Positions 29,920-40,968 of a stretch of DNA of 64,000 nucleotides are shown piece by piece. The notes under the pieces were generated by a model. That model was not told the DNA's origin. It saw nothing but the letters and a program-made list of their open reading frames with translations, and did not search any database. This stretch comes from a virus (taxonomy: Duplodnaviria; Caudoviricetes): the IMG/VR virus record IMGVR_UViG_3300032327_000953, positions 64,001 through 128,000 of that record; one strand, written 5' to 3'. Each line of letters begins with the position of its first letter. Position 1 is the first letter of the stretch. The translations under genes were made by a program, and so were the position numbers.

Positions 29920-30914
29920 ACCTTTAAGTCTGTGACATTATTACCGGGGTAGGCAAGCATGTACAATCGGTAAAAGGTGTTGGCTGTTGCAGTAAATGAG
30001 CGGCTGCCTGATGTTCCTTCGTGAATGTATGGAGCTTCTGTGACTATGTCATAAGGAGTATAAGAGAAACTACCAGCCTCGTTTCCTAAGGACTGCCTAA
30101 TTTTGTATGAGTTCAAGTCCACACCGTTATCGTCCGCAACATTTGCTATTGCGCAACTATAATTCACAGTACATGCTTTAAGAGTACGGATAATAAGTGT
30201 ACCCCATCCGTATTGCAAATAATTGTAGGCTAGAGGCGTTGGGAACGTGAATTTATTATCTGCCGTGCCAATACCAGTGATTGCACCACCAAATATGGTA
30301 ATCGGTAGGGGAGTCCACTGATTGTTGCCAGAGTTTGTTACCGACATAAACTCTACATTGCTGGGACGTGTAGATGTTGCGTAAACAGATATATTGCTGT
30401 AAGTATCTACCTTGCCAGCATTTGTTTTTACAGTAAGTGTCTGGCCTGATAACAATGAGACCATACGTGTTTGCGTACCTGTGGCGTTCCCATAGGGTCC
30501 AGAAGGCGTAAAACGATGACAAAGATTGATGCCTATGGTTCCGTTAATTGCATAATTCAAATCCTGAGCACCTCCATTATCATCTATGTAAGTAGTATGA
30601 TTTAGAGTAACTGTAATCTCGCAATCAGAACTCGCAGTAAATGAGAACGGAAGAGCAGCCGCTGCGCCGCCTGTAGTGAAAGTTGAACTACTGATAAATG
30701 GTGAGGAGGAAGTACCCAACCCACTCCAGGATCCTCCTGTATAAGATAGACTGATATAGCTGGAAGAAGCAGGGGATGGGGTTGGGGTAGGAGTTAAGGT
30801 CGAAGTTGGTGTTGGGCTGGATCCTCCTCCGGAAGAATATAGAATCTTATTAAGACTTCCACTCCTATATATTCTTGCTTTTCCTCCAGAATATCCAACA
30901 CGAAAGTTAGTCAT
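29907..30914 (-). CDS. Putative fibre/adhesin with a Pro-Thr linker
   Basis: SPTPTSTLTPTPTPSP linker followed by Ser/Thr/Gly-rich beta domains. Confidence 0.5.
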   Translation of the reverse strand: MTNFRVGYSGGKARIYRSGSLNKILYSSGGGSSPTPTSTLTPTPTPSPASSSYISLSYTGGSWSGLGTSSSPFISSSTFTTGGAAAALPFSFTASSDCEITVTLNHTTYIDDNGGAQDLNYAINGTIGINLCHRFTPSGPYGNATGTQTRMVSLLSGQTLTVKTNAGKVDTYSNISVYATSTRPSNVEFMSVTNSGNNQWTPLPITIFGGAITGIGTADNKFTFPTPLAYNYLQYGWGTLIIRTLKACTVNYSCAIANVADDNGVDLNSYKIRQSLGNEAGSFSYTPYDIVTEAPYIHEGTSGSRSFTATANTFYRLYMLAYPGNNVTDLKVWTT

Positions 30915-31393
30915 GGACTTCCTCCATCTATAACACAATTTATCAATGTTGTTGGAGAATTAATACTAACTCCACTAATCATTGTTAAACCATTAATTTC
31001 AGTATAGTTATTTCCTAAAGAGAATAATGAGCCTCCAATAGAAAGACCACTAGTATTTATCTCTGTTAGTCCACTAGACTCATTATAATAAATTCCAATA
31101 CCTGATCCTGGAATAACTCCGCTTAAGCCAATAATTTTCTGAACGTCACTAGTGTTAACCCCAGTAGGAAGAAGTCCACTCACAGCACTATTAAAATCTA
31201 TAATTTTAGTGTGATAAAAATCTGGCAAATCACTAGGATTAATAATAACTGATGGACCTAGAATATTAACTGTTGGAGATGGAAAGACTTCCACCTCTAC
31301 TACTCCTGGTGAATCAGAAGAGCTATTTTCTATAGAAACAATATTAGGAGGTGGATTTTCAACAATTACAATAAAGTCATTCATGTTTGACAA
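30911..31393 (-). CDS. Hypothetical structural protein
   Basis: 160-aa ORF ending IDGGSP, within the structural operon. Confidence 0.5.
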   Translation of the reverse strand: MSNMNDFIVIVENPPPNIVSIENSSSDSPGVVEVEVFPSPTVNILGPSVIINPSDLPDFYHTKIIDFNSAVSGLLPTGVNTSDVQKIIGLSGVIPGSGIGIYYNESSGLTEINTSGLSIGGSLFSLGNNYTEINGLTMISGVSINSPTTLINCVIDGGSP

Positions 31394-31785
31394 TCTAGTA
31401 CAGTATTATCTTCACTAAATCTATGTATAATCTTAACTGTTCCAAAAAGTAGTCTTATTATTTCTTTACCTCCTCCAGCATACATATCTTCTGGACTCTC
31501 CAATTCGATATCATATTTAGCCTTATCAAAAGTAAATTGATTTGTAGTATTAGCTGGCATCTGCAATAAGAGCTTGCCATCTACTCCGATTATATCAAAT
31601 TTATAGATTTCGTGATCTAAATTTGCTGTGGTAAAAATCTGTACAACATCAAGATCAGTTGTCCATATTAATCTGGCACACCAGTCAGATATGTCAATGG
31701 GTTGACTTGTCGAATCTTTATAGGTCAAAGATAAGGTAAAAGAAGTTCCTTGCTCTATTGAGAAATCATGTTTACTTGCTGGCAT
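31381..31785 (-). CDS. BppU-like baseplate/adaptor domain protein
   Basis: SIEQGTSFTLSLTYKD...PIDISDWCARL and AKYDIELES motifs. Confidence 0.55.
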   Translation of the reverse strand: MPASKHDFSIEQGTSFTLSLTYKDSTSQPIDISDWCARLIWTTDLDVVQIFTTANLDHEIYKFDIIGVDGKLLLQMPANTTNQFTFDKAKYDIELESPEDMYAGGGKEIIRLLFGTVKIIHRFSEDNTVLDCQT

Positions 31786-31877
31786 AATTAAGCCTATTAA
31801 TGGTGATATAAAATACCTACCAGATGTTTTATCTTAAAACTATATACACCTACTAAGAATTTTATGATTGTAAGTAT

Positions 31878-31912
31878 AAAAAAAGAAGGGCCGGGATTTT
31901 ACCCCCAGCCCT
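31878..31912 (-). terminator. Intrinsic terminator after the major capsid gene
   Basis: Minus strand AAGGGCTGGG-loop-CCCGGCCCTT followed by a T run. Confidence 0.8.
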
Positions 31913-31952
31913 TACTTTCATTTCAGTTCTTGTATTATTACAAGATGAATTA

Positions 31953-32963
31953 TTATAGTGAGCCTAGTAGCACTCTGCGGTTGTCTAGAACAGCAAAACC
32001 CTGCTCGCCCCAACCATAGAAACCGGCTCTCTTCTGACGGTGTAGAGTGTCGTCCTCGAAAATCTGGACTTCTTCTCTAACTGGCATAATAAAGCTGTCT
32101 CTCTTGCGCATGTCAAGACCAACTACCATTTCTGCTTTACCGGCTGGCATAGAGCCACTTAGAACGTTTTCAAAGAAGAGTTGGTATTGCTGACCTTCAC
32201 CTAGTTCATCAAGGTCATGTAGATTAATACCAAAGACTCTATTAAGAGTGCCATCGGCAGCAGTATAGATCTCACGACGAGTAACCTCGTCAACTTGATC
32301 AATACCCCAGTTACGAATATCTTCCATTGACTCTGGGGAAACATAAAGATCAGTTAACATGCCACGGTTGGTACTAGCTGAGTTACCACCACCGTTTCTA
32401 CGCATAACTGTCTTCATGAGACTTACGAGTCTCTTTGTAAACTGACCACTGCTAGCGTCACTATCGAACACAACGATGTTGCGATCAACACCAGCAGCTA
32501 GTAGTGTGTGCCAGCCGTCATCATTCATCTTCTTGACGAATTGACCTTCTAGCACTTCCATAGCGCGACCGACTACGTCCCAACGAGCATCACGAGCATA
32601 CTTAAGCAACCAGTCAACACTAGCACCAATATCATATGTTGGTACCATGACGTAATCGCTCTCGATATGACGCTCTGGAATATATCCATGGTTAGGAATA
32701 GTATAGGCCACAAAGTCCTTCTCTGTGCCTGGAGCAAGGAAGTCTAAGGGGAATTCTGGTGTGGCGCTTTGAGCCAAACGAATTGGTTCAAAAATGCCTC
32801 CTAGAATATCGCCGCTCATGATGCCCTGTCTGAGTGGTAGCTCTAGTGCCTTAGCAAACTCAGAGTTTGCAGCAAGAGCGACCTCTCGGTTCATTGAACC
32901 TGAACGAACTAGAAGATCTGTTAGTTCTGGTGATGGTTGAAAAGCTTTATTGTTACCTGTCAT
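31953..32963 (-). CDS. Major capsid protein (HK97 fold)
   Basis: 336 aa after the protease and decoration genes; strong terminator; C-terminal GFYGWGEQGFAVLDNRRVLLG. Confidence 0.8.
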   Translation of the reverse strand: MTGNNKAFQPSPELTDLLVRSGSMNREVALAANSEFAKALELPLRQGIMSGDILGGIFEPIRLAQSATPEFPLDFLAPGTEKDFVAYTIPNHGYIPERHIESDYVMVPTYDIGASVDWLLKYARDARWDVVGRAMEVLEGQFVKKMNDDGWHTLLAAGVDRNIVVFDSDASSGQFTKRLVSLMKTVMRRNGGGNSASTNRGMLTDLYVSPESMEDIRNWGIDQVDEVTRREIYTAADGTLNRVFGINLHDLDELGEGQQYQLFFENVLSGSMPAGKAEMVVGLDMRKRDSFIMPVREEVQIFEDDTLHRQKRAGFYGWGEQGFAVLDNRRVLLGSL

Positions 32964-32986
32964 GGTTTTTCTCCTATGGATATTTA

Positions 32987-33436
32987 TTATGTTAAGTTGA
33001 CCGATAATTTAGCGTAACCATCAGCGTCAACTGCACTTAAGAACTGACCGATCTTAACTGCGTTTGTGCTAGATGTACCAATTAGTCCGTTAGCACCAAC
33101 ATAAGCGTCAACGCCGGCTGCTGGACTACCAGTTACTTTATTTGTTGTTACCTGACCCTGGCGAAGTAGAGTTACCTTGCCACCGACCTGCACTTCATCT
33201 TTGAACCAGTTGATGTGCTGTCTTGTTAGATCAAGATTAACTACGTCGTTTAGGAGAACACCAACAGGTTTTGCACCAGATACTGTAGCTGCATAGGCAA
33301 CAACTGCGTTGGCATCATCCATCGATACGCCAACACCACCTGTTACCACAGAAGCAACACCACCGCGCTCGGCTGTAGTATTCATGAAAAAAGAAACGTC
33401 TGTTAGAAGTTCAATGCGATCTGGTTTAAGAGCCAT
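32987..33436 (-). CDS. Capsid decoration/cement protein
   Basis: 149 aa between protease and MCP; beta-tulip-like pattern (PVGVLLNDV; KVTLLRQGQVTT). Confidence 0.6.
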   Translation of the reverse strand: MALKPDRIELLTDVSFFMNTTAERGGVASVVTGGVGVSMDDANAVVAYAATVSGAKPVGVLLNDVVNLDLTRQHINWFKDEVQVGGKVTLLRQGQVTTNKVTGSPAAGVDAYVGANGLIGTSSTNAVKIGQFLSAVDADGYAKLSVNLT

Positions 33437-33438
33437 TT

Positions 33439-34983
33439 TTATTCTCCCTTATTAAGTGTTTTACCTAATCTACTATAAACAAATTCTACTAAAGCTGAGC
33501 GAGTAGAAGCGACTGATGTTTCGACATCAGAACCGCCAACGCTAAGGTCAACTGATTCTTCAGCTACAACAGTATCCAATACCGTCTCATCAATTTTTGG
33601 TGTTTCAGAAGCCTGGACCTTTTCGGTGGCCTCTTCTTTGGTTTTCTTTTCATCGTCCTTCTTCTTGTTTAATAACCATGGTGGCATCTTGCCAGCAACA
33701 AGGGAAGTAACGGCTGCAAAAGTATCGTCATCTAGACTCTCAAATTGGTCAACAGTACTATTGGCTGTTTCAGCATCAAAACCGTTTTCCATCAAAGAAG
33801 CGGCTCTCTTCATTTTCTTTTCTTTCTTAGCCATTTCTTCTTCTTTCATCTTATAACCAGCAATAGTTTCATTAGCTGTTTCTAGAGCTGCTTTAAGATT
33901 CTTATTCTCTTCATCCTTAGCACTTTCATCTTCTTTGAACTTCTTAGCAGCTTCAGCTTCTGTTGATAGAGCACTGATGGCTGCATCAAGTTCGGCCTTT
34001 AGCTTCTTCATCTCTTCATCCTTGCTTTTCATGGCAGCTTGTAAGGATTCTAGCTGAAGTTGTAGTTCTGTATTATTTGTATTGGTTTCTGTAGTGGCTT
34101 CAACACTACTAACAGATACGGTCTCTGTCTTTTCTGTCGATTCGACCATTTCTGGTTGTAAGTCTGCGCTCATATTAATATTCTCCGTATTAGAGTGAAA
34201 CTGACTATTAGATACACCCAAATTATCAAAATTATCATTTTTTGGTTCGTATAAATTGTCTAATGTAAATATTATACTATCTGGATTGGCTGGTTTGTCA
34301 ACAAAACCTTTTCCAGAAAATGTAATATTTCTTAAAACTCTACCAATTTTATATTCTTCATGTTGTCCTTGACCACCATAAGACCTTAAATATTTAGTAA
34401 GATAGGCAGTGGCATCATTCCTGGTTAAAATTGAAAATTGACCATTACTCTTATTTAATAGCCCATAATCAAAACCCTTAAAAAAGCATTCCATGCTAAC
34501 ATATTTTTGTCCAGATTGAATCTCAGCAATTAATTTTTCTGATCTTTCTTTTAGTTCTGGACTAGCAAATGCTCTATAAATTACTGATCCTGTTAATATA
34601 TGGTATTTTTCTGGTAAATTATCTATGGGTGTATTTTCATTGATTAATATCCCATCTTCTGTAATAGGCCAGTTAGATGTTATATGTCCGATAATTAAAC
34701 CTTCATCATGCTCAAGATTTGTTGGCTTATCTTCTGGAGTATTTCTGGCTGCCCATACTTCTTTTTTGTCGAAAATATCGTCGTTTTTATTCCATGTTGT
34801 ACTTACAAGAATTGATTGTACATAATATAAATCTTCATCATTTAAAGAAGCGATACTCTGCAAAGCCTTACTAATACTATCTGACTTGGAAGATGTTTGA
34901 ATAGCAGAGGCATAAGAAATTGATGCAGATGTTGTTATAAGCTCGGATAAGCCGTCAGCCTCTTCTTGTGGATAGATTTTCAT
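33439..34983 (-). CDS. Prohead protease fused to a scaffold coiled coil
   Basis: NKNDDIF, NLEHD (His) and VSMEC (Ser) motifs; charged helical C-terminal half. Confidence 0.75.
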   Translation of the reverse strand: MKIYPQEEADGLSELITTSASISYASAIQTSSKSDSISKALQSIASLNDEDLYYVQSILVSTTWNKNDDIFDKKEVWAARNTPEDKPTNLEHDEGLIIGHITSNWPITEDGILINENTPIDNLPEKYHILTGSVIYRAFASPELKERSEKLIAEIQSGQKYVSMECFFKGFDYGLLNKSNGQFSILTRNDATAYLTKYLRSYGGQGQHEEYKIGRVLRNITFSGKGFVDKPANPDSIIFTLDNLYEPKNDNFDNLGVSNSQFHSNTENINMSADLQPEMVESTEKTETVSVSSVEATTETNTNNTELQLQLESLQAAMKSKDEEMKKLKAELDAAISALSTEAEAAKKFKEDESAKDEENKNLKAALETANETIAGYKMKEEEMAKKEKKMKRAASLMENGFDAETANSTVDQFESLDDDTFAAVTSLVAGKMPPWLLNKKKDDEKKTKEEATEKVQASETPKIDETVLDTVVAEESVDLSVGGSDVETSVASTRSALVEFVYSRLGKTLNKGE

Positions 34984-34988
34984 GAGAT

Positions 34989-37187
34989 TTAGCCTTCTTC
35001 AGAATGAATTTGAATATAAAAAGCAGTTTTGGACTGTTTGATTTCTTCAACAGTAAGCTGCTTACCAATAGCACTTGTGAGGTTTTTGAGCCATATATTA
35101 TACCCCATTAATATACTTTTGGTGTTTTTTTGATCTATATCGGCCAGTATTTTGATTAATCCAGCTTCATCTATATTTTCAAATGGCTGTAATGAAAATA
35201 ATACTTTACTCTTTAGAGTTTCTATTTCCTGACTTTCAGTATTAGATAAGCTTCTCAAATTTTTCTTTTGATAAAAATCTAGAAGAATAGGATTGAGGCA
35301 GGAGTTGATCCTATCCTGAGTGTCGTTTGCCCATAACATTAGATGTGCGCCAGTTTGTGGGCTGAATACTTTTGTTTTTCTTTTTGTTTGATCCGTACTA
35401 TTTTTTGGTCTTCCTTGGCCGGGCTGACCGGGCAAAGAACTGGGGACATCCTTTGCCAACTGCGTTGGGCTGTTCTGACCAACTGGTGGCTGCTTAAGCT
35501 CTAATGCTGTCTTCTCTCCAGATTTTTTCTTTTCTAATTCAAGACCTACTTGACCAGGAGTAACAGATCCACTCTGTAATGCTATCTTCTTTAAAGCATT
35601 TTCAAGCTGTGGGTCATGCCATGGTCCAGCTTTTCTTGCCATTCTTTCGCTCTTTCTCTCTCTGGATTCTTTATTTAGTCTGAATTTCTCCATATCGGGA
35701 TCAAAGCCAAATCGTGTTTGCAATAATTCGTCAGATATCAGATTTCTATCTGCTAATTGAATTAGTAGAGCTTTTTCAGCATCTTCATTGCTGAGATCCA
35801 TAGTATCAAATTCAATTTTAGCTGGATACTTAAAACCCATAGCTTTTTGTACTGCAATAATTTCTTTCTCCCAAAACTCTACAAGAATATCACGACCATA
35901 CTGAAGTCTTTGGGTTAGTGTCTTGAGACTAATGAAATTGTTTGTGGTGCCAGCAGCACCGAATGTTCCTGTTAAGGTTGGAGGAATTCCAAGACCAGCA
36001 TAAACACTATTTAAATGTGGAACATATTTAGCTTCGCCAAGAAAATTATGTACATTAGTATTGGATTCTAAGAGTTGAATATCTGGACCCCATACTAAGT
36101 CCATTGTGCCTCCACCAACATTATTACCCAAAATACTAGCTAGTTTTGCTGCTGCTGCTTTGGTTGGAGAAATCTTATGTTCTAGACTTCCTAGTTTAAA
36201 AATACGAATATTTGAAATAGCTCCATCAAGAGCTGCCATATCAGCAAGCTTTAGTTTCTCAATGACTGTAATATCATCCATAATAGCATAGATCATTGGA
36301 TATGCCCAACTCTGCCAATCATCTTTTTTATAATGGAATACTGAGACCTTATTAGGATCTAATGGATATGGCTTTCTTGTTTTTGCTGCTTCAATAATTT
36401 GTGGTGGAAGTTTGGATACGATGTCTTGTTCATTTTGATTTTTGGGACTATTAACAGTTTTTCTTAAACCAGCTGGTAAAACTAACTCGTATCTTTTTTC
36501 TGAAACGAATGAAGATAACTGACCAGCAGATACCTCAACATAAACAGGATCTATGAAAGTATATTTCCAAGGAATTTCTCTTTTTTCTAATTGTAAATTA
36601 TCAAGATCATCAATGATCATATCGGGAGCAGCCACTGCTTGATATAGTTTATCTGCAACTTTTAAACTAAGTTTTCCTGTTTGTCTATTAACTACAACAT
36701 TACCAGTTTTATATAGATTATTTAAGAATCTTTCAGTTCTATCTTTTCCTCTTACTCTCTTAAACCACTGACGATAAAATCTTTCAATTCTCTTATTTTT
36801 ATGTACAAGCTTGATTCCTTGAGCTGCAAAATCACCCATGAGATCAATTACATTTTTTACTAATCCAACTTTTTGATATATATCATCAGCTCTTCTAAGA
36901 ATAGCTTTGACTTGAGTTGGTACTGCTTCAGATGGTCTAAAGAAATCATAATCAGAACGAGTTAAACCAGGACGACCACCGACATTGGGAGTAAGATTAG
37001 AATAGTCGATTCCATATCTTAAAGATCCCTGAGCTTTCTGAATGCCTATATATTCTTCCAAAGATCCAGCATTAGCGTCTAGTGCTGCTTGCCTACTAGC
37101 CTGATCATCTCCCCATGTAATATAGGCCGGAATATCGGTCGATGAGCTATTTTGGATTGATTCGCTTTTTGGATACTTTTTGGCCAT
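34989..37187 (-). CDS. Portal protein
   Basis: 732 aa between terminase and protease; VKNVIDLMGDF and WAYPMIY patterns. Confidence 0.75.
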   Translation of the reverse strand: MAKKYPKSESIQNSSSTDIPAYITWGDDQASRQAALDANAGSLEEYIGIQKAQGSLRYGIDYSNLTPNVGGRPGLTRSDYDFFRPSEAVPTQVKAILRRADDIYQKVGLVKNVIDLMGDFAAQGIKLVHKNKRIERFYRQWFKRVRGKDRTERFLNNLYKTGNVVVNRQTGKLSLKVADKLYQAVAAPDMIIDDLDNLQLEKREIPWKYTFIDPVYVEVSAGQLSSFVSEKRYELVLPAGLRKTVNSPKNQNEQDIVSKLPPQIIEAAKTRKPYPLDPNKVSVFHYKKDDWQSWAYPMIYAIMDDITVIEKLKLADMAALDGAISNIRIFKLGSLEHKISPTKAAAAKLASILGNNVGGGTMDLVWGPDIQLLESNTNVHNFLGEAKYVPHLNSVYAGLGIPPTLTGTFGAAGTTNNFISLKTLTQRLQYGRDILVEFWEKEIIAVQKAMGFKYPAKIEFDTMDLSNEDAEKALLIQLADRNLISDELLQTRFGFDPDMEKFRLNKESRERKSERMARKAGPWHDPQLENALKKIALQSGSVTPGQVGLELEKKKSGEKTALELKQPPVGQNSPTQLAKDVPSSLPGQPGQGRPKNSTDQTKRKTKVFSPQTGAHLMLWANDTQDRINSCLNPILLDFYQKKNLRSLSNTESQEIETLKSKVLFSLQPFENIDEAGLIKILADIDQKNTKSILMGYNIWLKNLTSAIGKQLTVEEIKQSKTAFYIQIHSEEG

Positions 37188-37236
37188 AATTGTAATCTAA
37201 TTGTAATGGGAATGTATTGATATTGATCTATACACC

Positions 37237-39276
37237 TTAGTTCTTATATATTCCTTTATATATATCGTCATTCGCACCTCCAGTAAACCACTCTGGCCCC
37301 TTATATAGTTTATCATCATCAGATGGTGCTATGTTTGTTCTAAAGTCACCAATCATATTATATTCCATTGGTTTCATTGCTCTGGCAAGCTGTCTGGCCA
37401 ACATGTTAGCTATAACTAATGCGCTATATCGGTCTTTTCTTAATCTTCCTTTTTTGCCATTAGGCATTTTAACTTCTGGAGTATCCCATCTATCTCTAGC
37501 ATTAGAACCAGTACTAGTTTGAGTCATAACTATAGTAGTTAATTCATTTTTCAATTCTTCTATTTCTAAAATACATTCGCTATATGTATCATATATTGGA
37601 TTTAAATCTGTAGAAACTATATCTCTACCCTCAGCATCAAGAGCTAGTCCTAATGTAAGATTATCAAAGCGTGGAAATAATAATAACTTATCTTCTAGAT
37701 CTTTACGTAAACCATGATTAGCCTGTGCTGTCCAATCGGCTTTAGCAAATTGCACTAATTCTAGAATATGTAATCCTGCTTGATCATCAGTATCTCTAGA
37801 TTTATTTGGATCTACTGCTGGCCATATTAGATTTTCTCCTTCTTCTAATTTTGATGGATCATGAAATGCTTCTTCAATTGCCACACCACCACCCTGAGCA
37901 TCCATTCCTATTCGTATGGGAGGAAAACTTTTCATTAGATTGCGAATTTTTCTACAACAGAATCCATAAAAATCATGTTCATTAATTAATCCAGTTTTCT
38001 GTCTTTCTTTAAAATTAGCTCGATTAGTAGACCATCCATATACTACCCTATTATGATCATGATGAACTTCTATAATTACTATGCTAAAATTATCTTGTTC
38101 ACTAGCTGGGTCGATTCCATAAACATATTTACAGTCAGGATTGCCTTTTGTGGATGCATCAAATATAATTGATTTATCATTAACTTTAATATTATTAGAG
38201 TCTCCCACAACGCAGCTCTCAATTAAACTTCTTCTGAAGAATCCTTCGCTATCGCTAATAAAACAAGCAGCATATTCCATATTATAAATACCAGAATGTA
38301 TAGTAGCTTTTGCTCTACTTACTTGCTTATCATCCATGAATCCTTTTGGAATTAATTCATACGGGATACGAATGATTGAATAATCTTGCCAATTAAAATT
38401 ACTGGGAACTTCTCCTTTAAAAATTTCTTCTAATTTTCTAACATCTCCTCTGCTTTCAATAATTCCCTTGTATCTTTTCCAATAACTGGCAAAATGCTTG
38501 AAACCATAATCAGCAGTTCCAGATATGATGGCTTGATTTCCCATTTTGAAATTAATAATATCTAATTCATCATTCCATAATCCTGCTTCAATCATAGCTT
38601 GTCTTTTAGCTTGCTCTTTAACATTCTGTATTGGACTAGCGGATACGGCAGCGAATCCCGATACTACTGTCTCATAAATCTCTGGACTTATAGATGCAAA
38701 TTCGTCTGCAATGATAATATGGGCACGCAAACCTCTAATCTTACTTCCATCACCCATAGGAATAGCTATGGTCCAACTATCTCCTAGTCTCATAGTACAT
38801 CTATCAACGTCTCTTCTTGGTCCGTCATCATTGCCATTAAAAATACTTCTTAATATTGGACTACCTCTCCAAATAGTTTCCATATATTCAAAAATAATCT
38901 TACTCTGACGAAAAGCAGCACCGACAACCACAATCTTGGTTCCTGGAAAGAATGTCATTCGTAAAATACAGTATAATGATAGAAGAAATGATTTACCCCA
39001 ACCACGACTTGCAACATACATGGGAAATGCTCGTACCCAAAATTCTTGCAAAATACAAATCTGCATAGGATGCAACTCAATATTGAAAAGAAGTTTACAT
39101 GTTGATCCAATATATTTTGGATTTCTCAGTATCCTCATTAAATGAAGATCTGGATTTTCTATCTCCTTTTCAGTTCTATTGATCATAAGATTATGACCAA
39201 GAGATAATGAAGATATTTCTCCTAAGCCTAACCAGGCATCGTCAAATCTTGTTGTTTGATTTACTGTGGATTTCAA
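37237..39276 (-). CDS. terL: Terminase large subunit
   Basis: Walker A ASRGWGKS, Walker B IIADEF, KIRGLRA and nuclease YGIDPA motifs. Confidence 0.92.
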   Translation of the reverse strand: MKSTVNQTTRFDDAWLGLGEISSLSLGHNLMINRTEKEIENPDLHLMRILRNPKYIGSTCKLLFNIELHPMQICILQEFWVRAFPMYVASRGWGKSFLLSLYCILRMTFFPGTKIVVVGAAFRQSKIIFEYMETIWRGSPILRSIFNGNDDGPRRDVDRCTMRLGDSWTIAIPMGDGSKIRGLRAHIIIADEFASISPEIYETVVSGFAAVSASPIQNVKEQAKRQAMIEAGLWNDELDIINFKMGNQAIISGTADYGFKHFASYWKRYKGIIESRGDVRKLEEIFKGEVPSNFNWQDYSIIRIPYELIPKGFMDDKQVSRAKATIHSGIYNMEYAACFISDSEGFFRRSLIESCVVGDSNNIKVNDKSIIFDASTKGNPDCKYVYGIDPASEQDNFSIVIIEVHHDHNRVVYGWSTNRANFKERQKTGLINEHDFYGFCCRKIRNLMKSFPPIRIGMDAQGGGVAIEEAFHDPSKLEEGENLIWPAVDPNKSRDTDDQAGLHILELVQFAKADWTAQANHGLRKDLEDKLLLFPRFDNLTLGLALDAEGRDIVSTDLNPIYDTYSECILEIEELKNELTTIVMTQTSTGSNARDRWDTPEVKMPNGKKGRLRKDRYSALVIANMLARQLARAMKPMEYNMIGDFRTNIAPSDDDKLYKGPEWFTGGANDDIYKGIYKN

Positions 39277-39724
39277 GATAATATACCTTATTCATTATGA
39301 ATTCTGCCATTTTTTCTGCATTGCTTGGACATCCGCAAAATACTACTTTGATATTATGATACATTTGCCATTCTAATATGTGTTTCATAATAAAGCTTGG
39401 ACTGATCTTAACTTTATCCCACATTTTCTTAGGTAATGTGGATCCTATCGGATAGCTAAGAACATTCTCTAAGTCAAATTCTAAAAGAATATATGAATGT
39501 TTAATTTTTGAAAGTCTCTCTATTACATCTTTGAATCTGGGTTCAATAATATTATTTGCTATTTCATTAATACTCTTTTTTCTTTCAATAGCTAATAGAT
39601 TCTCTAGTCCCTCAATGCTATAGTCTCCGGTATCTAGTTTTCTATTAGCAATAGCATAGTTATCAAAACTCCATGGTTGCTGCTCTCTAGTATCTACTAT
39701 TATAGTAAAATCATTTTTTATCAT
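39242..39724 (-). CDS. ERCC4-type nuclease
   Basis: IIVDTREQ, LDTGDYS and IERKK motifs. Confidence 0.85.
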   Translation of the reverse strand: MIKNDFTIIVDTREQQPWSFDNYAIANRKLDTGDYSIEGLENLLAIERKKSINEIANNIIEPRFKDVIERLSKIKHSYILLEFDLENVLSYPIGSTLPKKMWDKVKISPSFIMKHILEWQMYHNIKVVFCGCPSNAEKMAEFIMNKVYYLEIHSKSNNKI

Positions 39725-40004
39725 AATGTTCAGCCACTATTTTTAGGAAAACTGCCTCATAAATTGCTTCCATGCCCGTTATCATCTTATGATGTTCTTT
39801 GCATAAGGTGATTCCATTTTTTGGTTCAAATCTTAATCCAGGATAATGCGCCCATTGTTTAATATGATGAGCATTAAGTTTTTTCTTAATAGAACATCCT
39901 GGCCATTGGCATTTGTGATTATCTCGTGAATAAACTTCTTTGCGCCATTTTTTGTATAAAGGATCATTGAAATCTCTAAGCATGAGTAAAAACCTCAATA
40001 TCAT
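39711..40004 (-). CDS. HNH endonuclease (packaging-associated type)
   Basis: RDNHKCQWPGC, AHHI and NGITLCKEHH motifs. Confidence 0.85.
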   Translation of the reverse strand: MILRFLLMLRDFNDPLYKKWRKEVYSRDNHKCQWPGCSIKKKLNAHHIKQWAHYPGLRFEPKNGITLCKEHHKMITGMEAIYEAVFLKIVAEHYDKK

Positions 40005-40968
40005 TAGTTACCATATCTTTTACTAAATCTTCAAAACTAATTTGTGGAAACCATTTTAATTCTCGTCTAGCCCTATCGCTCTTACCGCATAAATAATCTA
40101 CTTCGGCCGGACGATATAAGTTATGGTCTATCTCAACATGTTTAGTATAGTCTAAGTTAACATATTCAAATGCTGTTTTAAGAAACTCAAGAACAGTATG
40201 GGTTTTACCAGTACAGATAACATAGTCTTGAGGATAATCATTTTGTAACATTAAAAACATTGCATTCACATAATCCTTAGCATGGCCCCAGTCTCTGCTA
40301 GAATTAAGATTACCGAGTTTTAAATTTTCTTTAATATTATGATTTACTAGTTGTCCTATATATTTGGTAATCTTTCGTGTAACAAATTGTTCTCCTCGTC
40401 TCGGACTTTCATGATTAAATAAAATACCACTCACGGCAAATATACCATATGCTTCTCGATATATCTGTACTAATCTGTGAGATGCTAGCTTTGCAACACC
40501 ATAAGGACTTTGTGGTAATAGTTCTGTAGTTTCATCTTGATATTTAACGCCATCTTTATCTGTGCTAAAATTACGACCAAACATTTCACTTGTGCTAGCT
40601 TGATAAAATTTGGTGGTGGGAGATGTTCTTCTGATAGATTCTAATATGTTGACTACTCCAACCGTATCTATTTGAAATGTTGTTGATGGCTGCTTAAAGC
40701 TTGTTCCAACATGACTTTGAGCTGCTAAATTATAAAACTCATCTGGTTGATAATGATTAATAATATAGTCGCAGATACTAGGATCGGTAATATCAAATTC
40801 TTCCAATTGAAACTCTGGATTATCTATTAGATGATTTATTCTTTCAAAATTATTGATACTACTTCTTCTGTGTAAACCAATAACTTTATATTTGTGTTTC
40901 AGTAGTAGCTCCGACAGATAGGAACCGTCTTGTCCAGTGATACCAGAAACTAATGCTATTTTAGCCAC
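39976..40968 (-). CDS. gmd: GDP-mannose 4,6-dehydratase
   Basis: GITGQDGSYL, NLAAQSHV, QASTSEMFG, SPYGVAK, LFNHESPRRG and RDWGHA motifs. Confidence 0.95.
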   Translation of the reverse strand: MAKIALVSGITGQDGSYLSELLLKHKYKVIGLHRRSSINNFERINHLIDNPEFQLEEFDITDPSICDYIINHYQPDEFYNLAAQSHVGTSFKQPSTTFQIDTVGVVNILESIRRTSPTTKFYQASTSEMFGRNFSTDKDGVKYQDETTELLPQSPYGVAKLASHRLVQIYREAYGIFAVSGILFNHESPRRGEQFVTRKITKYIGQLVNHNIKENLKLGNLNSSRDWGHAKDYVNAMFLMLQNDYPQDYVICTGKTHTVLEFLKTAFEYVNLDYTKHVEIDHNLYRPAEVDYLCGKSDRARRELKWFPQISFEDLVKDMVTNDIEVFTHA

